The notes beneath the pieces are model-generated. The model saw only the letters and a program-made list of their open reading frames with translations, did no database searches and was not told the origin of the DNA. The position numbers were made by a program, and so were the translations under genes. DNA of 64,000 bases from a virus: the IMG/VR virus record IMGVR_UViG_3300027734_000038; one strand, 5' to 3'. The number at the start of each line of letters is the position of its first letter. Position 1 is the stretch's first letter. This document shows positions 58,475 to 64,000 of the stretch, piece by piece.

Positions 58475-58524
58475 TAGTGATATTATAGTAACCATTATTA
58501 TAGTGGTTATTAGTAATATTATTA
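58475..58524 (+). promoter_or_regulatory. Bulged-G RNA hairpin, copy 3
   Basis: 11 bp + bulged G + 12 bp, ending at an AGGAG RBS. Confidence 0.6.
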
Positions 58525-58776
58525 GGAGTTATTATGAAGTATATTGTATTATGTTTGGTTGTATCATTATCATATCATTTTAGTGATATTGATACGGAGT
58601 TTATGGTTATGAGTGGTAATTTAAATATTGAGAGGTCATTATGAAGTATAGTTATTTTGTTTGGATTGGTGATACATTCAGGTCGGTATTATATGATAAT
58701 TATACTGAAGCGTATAATCGTTATATTTCACTGGTTAATGATGGTTTTAGTAATGCTCGTATTGAAAGGATATAAT

Positions 58777-58980
58777 ATGAAGTTTATTGCAGATAATACA
58801 CGGGTAATTGGTTTATTCAAGGATGAGGCGATTATTGGTAAAGTAGAATCCAGTAGAGTATATGGTAAGCGTATTATCTACACGGTTAATCTAGATAATC
58901 CAATTACATTAAGGTGGCGTACCGATCCAGTATATACCTTATTAATGAGTGACCATGAGATTAAGGCGGCGCCATTATGA
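58777..58980 (+). CDS. Small beta-rich hypothetical protein
   Basis: AAAGGA RBS before ATG 58777. Confidence 0.5.
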   Translation: MKFIADNTRVIGLFKDEAIIGKVESSRVYGKRIIYTVNLDNPITLRWRTDPVYTLLMSDHEIKAAPL

Positions 58981-59076
58981 GAAAGGTATATTATATGACG
59001 GTATTATTATGTATTATTACTGGTGTATATTGTGCCTTTAATCTATTCGTCCAGATAATGTATTATAAGTTTTACT

Positions 59077-59170
59077 TGTTGTGAGGATACAACAGGTTAG
59101 TGATTATTCACCAAGAATAGTCATTAGAATATGCCATATTGCTTGTGGTCTATTCTAATGCCTGTATAAT
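59077..59170 (+). promoter_or_regulatory. Promoter with palindrome and inverted repeat
   Basis: TGTTGTGAGGATACAACA ... GCTTGTGGT ... CCTGTATAATGG. Confidence 0.7.
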
Positions 59171-59235
59171 GGTTTTTTAAGTACGGCAGTTGCGGTATTC
59201 TATTGATTATTGATTTTATTAGAAAAGGTTATATT

Positions 59236-60006
59236 ATGAATTTATTGAGTACGGGTAATCCCAAAACATTAAAAGGAATGAAGGAAGGTTATAATACCTA
59301 CATTCTACATTTAGCACCATCAACATTATCAGGTCATAATACCTGTCCTAAGGCGACAGCAGGTTGTATATCTGCCTGCCTTAATACTGCTGGTCGTGGT
59401 GGTATGTTTAAAAAAGGTGAGTTTACTAATAATATTCAAAAAGCTCGTATTCGTAAAACTAACCTATTCTATGATAATCGTGATGAGTTTATGTCATTAT
59501 TAGTAAAAGATATTGAATTGGCGATTAAGCAATCTGCTAAAGTAGGTCTTATTCCAGTATTCCGTTTAAATGGCACCAGTGATTTATCATGGGAAAAGTA
59601 TTCAGTAACCAAAGATGGTGTAGTATTTACTAACATATTCTCAGCTTTTGATAATATTCAATTCTATGATTATACCAAGGTGCTTGGTCGTAAAGTAAAA
59701 GGCATTGCTAATTATCACCTTACATTCAGTATGGCAGACGGTAATTACTTAGATTGCAAACAGGCGGTGCTTGAAGGTATGAATATTGCTACGGTATTTG
59801 GTATTAAGAAGAATACACCAATGCCAAAGGTATTCTTTAATTCTAATATGCCTGTATTTAATGGTGATGAAAGTGATTTACGCTTTCTAGATCCAAAAGG
59901 TGTGGTAGTTGGTCTATATGCCAAAGGTAAGGCAAAGAAGGATACAAGTGGTTTCGTAAAATATCCCGTTGGTGATTATCAATTCACTATTAAGATTGCG
60001 GCATAA
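59236..60006 (+). CDS. GP88-family (radical-SAM-like) protein
   Basis: CPKATAGCISAC, RLNGTSDL.WE, QFYDYTK, NYHLTFS, D..DLRFLD. Confidence 0.75.
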   Translation: MNLLSTGNPKTLKGMKEGYNTYILHLAPSTLSGHNTCPKATAGCISACLNTAGRGGMFKKGEFTNNIQKARIRKTNLFYDNRDEFMSLLVKDIELAIKQSAKVGLIPVFRLNGTSDLSWEKYSVTKDGVVFTNIFSAFDNIQFYDYTKVLGRKVKGIANYHLTFSMADGNYLDCKQAVLEGMNIATVFGIKKNTPMPKVFFNSNMPVFNGDESDLRFLDPKGVVVGLYAKGKAKKDTSGFVKYPVGDYQFTIKIAA

Positions 60007-60297
60007 TGATTAGAATATTATTAATTATTATATTGGTATTGGTGATTGTCCATTTATTGGCACCAATACTGTTTTTATCAATGTTTTCACTAATGGCATA
60101 TACATTAGTGAGTATTAACTAGGAGTATTATATGAGTACGAAAGAATTTAGTAGCGTAGTGTCAGTTCAATTTTATGGTAATAATCTCGAAGCAGAGAAT
60201 GAATCAGAATATATTACCAAAGTAAAAGCATTATTTGCTGAGCAGTATAACATTAACCTGTCCGATGATGAAATCGGCGAAATCGAGGAAATGACTG

Positions 60298-61014
60298 ATG
60301 AGTAAAGCAATTTATAGCATTACCAGAACGGTTGAAGGTAAAGCAGATTATACTGTTACCATGACCGATGATGATATGGATTTAATCTATGAAGCATTAA
60401 ATGATTATCCACAATGGAATGATGATGAGGATGATAATCCAACCTCCGTCATTATGTCTAAACTGTATAATATGTTGGAGTTTTAATATGAATCTATTTA
60501 AATTGATTGACGAAGTTACCGAATTGACCGATAGTTATGTTGGTGGTAATATGGAAATGGTGCCTGCAAATCGTTTAGGACTTGATCCTCGTTGCGGTAA
60601 GGTGTTTGTATCACCAGATTGTATTGCTATTCATAAAGCAAATGACCGTGCGGTACAGTATTATGGTGGTTTTGAATATGTTGATAAAGAATTCCGCCAT
60701 GAAATGGGTGATTATGTATTCTATTCAGCAGAAGATGGTAGAGTATCTGGTCATTTAGAAACTTATTTAAATGCTGAGGTAGAATAATGGTAACTAGTTT
60801 TAGACCTGAATGGCGGGATAAAGCCATTGAAACATTGATTAACGATGATATTAATTCTATATTCACCATGAAAGGTGAATTTAATGATGAATCAATGATA
60901 GCAGAAATGCTATATTCTGGTTTCAAAGGTTATCAAGAGTATTTTGATGATGAATTAGAAACGGAATTGCGTGAGCGTGATATTTCAACAGTATTTGGAG
61001 ATAATGATGATTAG
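60298..61014 (+). other. Small acidic early ORFs (60298-60486, 60488-60787, 60787-61014)
   Basis: Coupled ORFs with RBS. Confidence 0.55.
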
Positions 61015-61213
61015 TCAAACTGTATTAATCGTATTATTTGCCTTAACTGGTACATTATTAGTAATTGCCAGCATTGGATTTATTAAACTATTTAAGGAAC
61101 CAATTAAGTGAATGACAGAAATAGATGGAAATTTGTAATTACTGAATTAACTGCATTACAGCGTGGTTTTGAAGATCCACAACCAATTGCGGAATTATAT
61201 GTTGAACGGATAT

Positions 61214-61307
61214 TGTTGTGTGGATACAACATTACCAAAAGTAAGGACCAAGTATACCATGCCTAATATGACAAAGTGCTTGTGGTATAGTGTGGTACCT
61301 GTATAAT
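61214..61307 (+). promoter_or_regulatory. Promoter with palindrome and inverted repeat
   Basis: TGTTGTGTGGATACAACA ... GCTTGTGGT ... CCTGTATAATGG. Confidence 0.7.
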
Positions 61308-61333
61308 GGTATTTTTAGTTGAGAAGGAATTAT

Positions 61334-62380
61334 ATGTTGAAATTTGAAGGTATTGCAACAGTTGGTGATATTATCAGAGCATACGATTTTAAACCAATGG
61401 CAGGTCGTGATGATGCATTTATTGAAGGTGTGGTGATTGATGCCAATTCTCATGAGTCCGGTTTTAGTTCATACAAAATAAAAGTAACGGTCGATAAGTT
61501 TAAGAAATACGAAACCAAAGTTACTGCTAGAAACCGTGTTGATCAGTATGCTTTTGTACCGCATCAAACCAGTTTTATGGAATTTGATTTTAGAGTGGTA
61601 AATTTAAGTAAAGTATAATGGTTCAATGAGGCATCCTGTCGGGTATAAGACCTCATCTTTTTGAAAGTATATATGGAATATCGTTTAAAAGAAATAGCAA
61701 TGTGTCAAGCATTAGAAAGTTATCAGGCACCAGCCAATTTTCGTTCTACTTATAAGGCAGCACCAATTGCTTTGTATGAAGAAGTGAAAAGGTTTATTGA
61801 TTTTACCAAGTATTATGTTTGCTTTCGTGGTCCCCGTTTTAATGGTAGTTATTCTACCCGTAAGCGTGATGCTTATGCTTTTGATGTATATCAGCGTAGC
61901 GACCGTGATACTAGGGAAATTCGTATTGAGCGTGATGCTTTTAAGCGTGGCGTTCATTGGGCAAATGCAAGGAGCCATTAATGAGTAATATTGAATTGAT
62001 TGATAAGTTGCAACAGGCACAGCATTTGCTTTCTGATGTATACCATTGGGCTAATGCCAAAGCTGCTGGTGAGTTGAAGGTTAACTCCAATATTGCCAGT
62101 TTGATGAGTTGTGCTGATGATTGTGTTATTGAAGCATTAGATTATCTTAGAGGTGAAAACGATGAGTAATAGTTCTTTGAGAGAAGTTGGTATGAATAAT
62201 ATCTATGTTGTAAAATCTGGTGTATTGGTTGATTTTGTTGGTTGGGAATGGATGACCATCAAAGCTTTTACCAAGCGTGAAAAAGCTGAAGCATGGATCG
62301 AATCATACATTAAGCAAGATAAAAGCTTTAATGAAGATAGAGATGCTTTGGAAATTGACGAGGTGACATTATATGAGTAA
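61334..62380 (+). other. Small early ORFs (61334-61618, 61673-61981, 61981-62169, 62162-62380)
   Basis: Coupled ORFs. Confidence 0.55.
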
Positions 62381-62699
62381 TGTGTATAAAGATTTAGATA
62401 TTGGTTTGCAAGAGTATGTATTACACCTACAAGCAGATTATGATAGTAGAGGTGGTAATCAATTCATAGAGTTTTATTATGAGATTGGTCGTAAGTATGC
62501 TCATGTGATTATGAAACATATTGGTCAATTTAGTGCTGGTCAGCGTTCTTCACATTCTTGGATTATGCTTGATGATGATAAACAGTTTAAGCAAGGTGAG
62601 ATTCTAAAGTCGGCAAGTTGGAAAGCACCGGCTCGTAATTTTGGCCGTGGTAATGTATTGACTGGTGAATTTAAACATATTAGATGGGCAGGTGTATGA
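62373..62699 (+). CDS. Hypothetical protein, paralog of 52608..52937
   Basis: GRKY, QRSSHSW, GEILKSASWKAPARNFGRGNV...IRW.G. Confidence 0.7.
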   Translation: MSNVYKDLDIGLQEYVLHLQADYDSRGGNQFIEFYYEIGRKYAHVIMKHIGQFSAGQRSSHSWIMLDDDKQFKQGEILKSASWKAPARNFGRGNVLTGEFKHIRWAGV

Positions 62700-62883
62700 G
62701 CAGAATGATTAACCGTTTGATTGCTGAGATTGTTGAAGATGATATGGTTATGGTTAAAAAGATGAAGAAATCAGAGTTGTTAGAATTGACCAAAGTATTA
62801 ATGAAAGATAATCTCCGTGAATGCCACGATGAGAGTATTGTAGAAATGTATGAAGAGCAGTTTAATACACATTTAGCGAGGTA

Positions 62884-63339
62884 ATGATTATGGGTACCAG
62901 AAGTTTGACATTTGTATATGAAAAGTATGATGAAGTCCAAAAACCAGTAGTTAATATGTACCGGCAGTTTGATGGTTATCCAACTGGTCATGGTGCTGAG
63001 TTGGCAGAGTTTTTGAGTTCTGGTCGTTTGGTGAATGGATTAATCTATACAGAAACGGCAGAAGAATTGGTTTATAATGGTATGGGTTGTTTGGCCGCTA
63101 GTATGGTTGCTCATTTTAAAGAAACGCCTGGTGCTTTTTACATTTATTCAACCGATGAAAAAGATTGTGGCCAAGATTATGAATATCACATTTATAATAG
63201 TGGTAAGGGTTTGTATGTTGAAGTGATTGATTGTGGTTGTAATATGTTTGGTGTCACCATGAGTGATAAACATGATTTTATATTCAAAGGTAATCTAAAA
63301 GAGTTTACAGAGTTTTGTAAAGTAAAGGAAATTGCATGA
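62884..63339 (+). CDS. Conserved phage hypothetical protein
   Basis: MGTRS..., Y.Q.DGYP.G.G, EY.Y. Confidence 0.65.
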   Translation: MIMGTRSLTFVYEKYDEVQKPVVNMYRQFDGYPTGHGAELAEFLSSGRLVNGLIYTETAEELVYNGMGCLAASMVAHFKETPGAFYIYSTDEKDCGQDYEYHIYNSGKGLYVEVIDCGCNMFGVTMSDKHDFIFKGNLKEFTEFCKVKEIA

Positions 63340-63575
63340 GTTATTTTGATGGCATGAGTGTTGATGAATTACAATCTTATTATTCCGATTTTCATAAGGA
63401 TTATTTTGGTTATCGTCCTCGGTCATCAACACCAGAACAATGGGTCAACCGTGATTGGTTGATTGAACAAATTAATGCCATCCATAATGCTATGGATGAA
63501 ATGAAAAAGACCTATGGTGGTCGTGAACAGTTGCGTGCTGAAGGTTGGCACCTTGATGAAAAGGATTTTGTATGA
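63336..63575 (+). CDS. Hypothetical protein
   Basis: YSDFHKDYFGYRPR motif. Confidence 0.6.
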   Translation: MSYFDGMSVDELQSYYSDFHKDYFGYRPRSSTPEQWVNRDWLIEQINAIHNAMDEMKKTYGGREQLRAEGWHLDEKDFV

Positions 63576-64000
63576 GTTATGATTCAGATTTTGAAAGAGT
63601 TTACATGGTTGAATTTCAATCGGGTAGAGTTATTCATATTGGCCAATATACGGTTCAAGATGTATTGGAATATTGTGCCGATGAGCATGAGAGTGAAGTT
63701 ATCAAATCAATCTATGAAGAAGTTTACACTGGTGAAAGATACTAATGTCGGTAAGATATTCAACCAATTGGATGGGTGTTATCAATATGCAATGGTATAT
63801 TGACCGTGGATTAACCAAAAGAGTAACACGAACACTTACCGAAGATTCTAAATTAACTGGCAGAAAAGCTGGTGAATCGTTTGAGTATAATGAGATTATT
63901 CAATCGTATTCGTGTGGTCGTATTGATTGCAATGGTGATGGTCTAGGTCCTTTTGGTGCAGAAATCGGTGTTGATCCTATGAAAGATTCATCATGGGCTC

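Noticed and set aside
61626-61662. ATGAGG...CCTCAT hairpin with T-run
   Set aside because: Short stem with a large loop; could be a weak terminator but support is insufficient
1-64000. Stop-codon reassignment
   Set aside because: Core genes are full length in the standard code, TAG/TGA/TAA all end genes, and no suppressor tRNA is seen

Overview
This window is a 64-kb segment of a large, AT-rich T4-like (Tevenvirinae-like) dsDNA bacteriophage genome, with almost all genes on the + strand in the standard genetic code. The host is probably a proteobacterium, inferred from the IscU/ErpA sequences, spanins and sigma70 promoters. The order is as follows. (1) Replication core (end of gp46, gp45, gp44, gp62, regA, gp43, uvsX, gp41), interspersed with auxiliary genes: peptide deformylase, two DUF4338/DruA-like paralogs, Hsp20, rubrerythrin plus rubredoxin, dCMP deaminase and GroES. 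(2) A tRNA cluster (Glu, Tyr, Cys, Gly, Met) that also holds a non-canonical tRNA-Gly-like RNA and a candidate ~220-nt structured RNA. (3) An 8-gene glycan-modification cluster. (4) A late-promoter block of His/Lys-rich proteins with T4-like capsid-targeting N-termini. (5) A lysis cassette (spanins, GH19 endolysin, holin) with extra exported proteins. (6) Primase, nrdA-iscU-erpA-nrdB and RNase H. (7) An early region of many small ORFs with a GC-rich origin-like element near 56.3-56.5 kb. The most notable unexplained signals are the non-canonical tRNA, seven copies of an 18-bp palindrome (TGTTGT-N6-ACAACA) in helical phase upstream of promoters, three repeated bulged-G RNA hairpins, a ROSE-like thermometer before hsp20, an ArfA-like ORF whose stop codon lies in a hairpin, and putative protease-processed virion polyproteins. 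All calls come from reading the sequence by eye; no searches were run.
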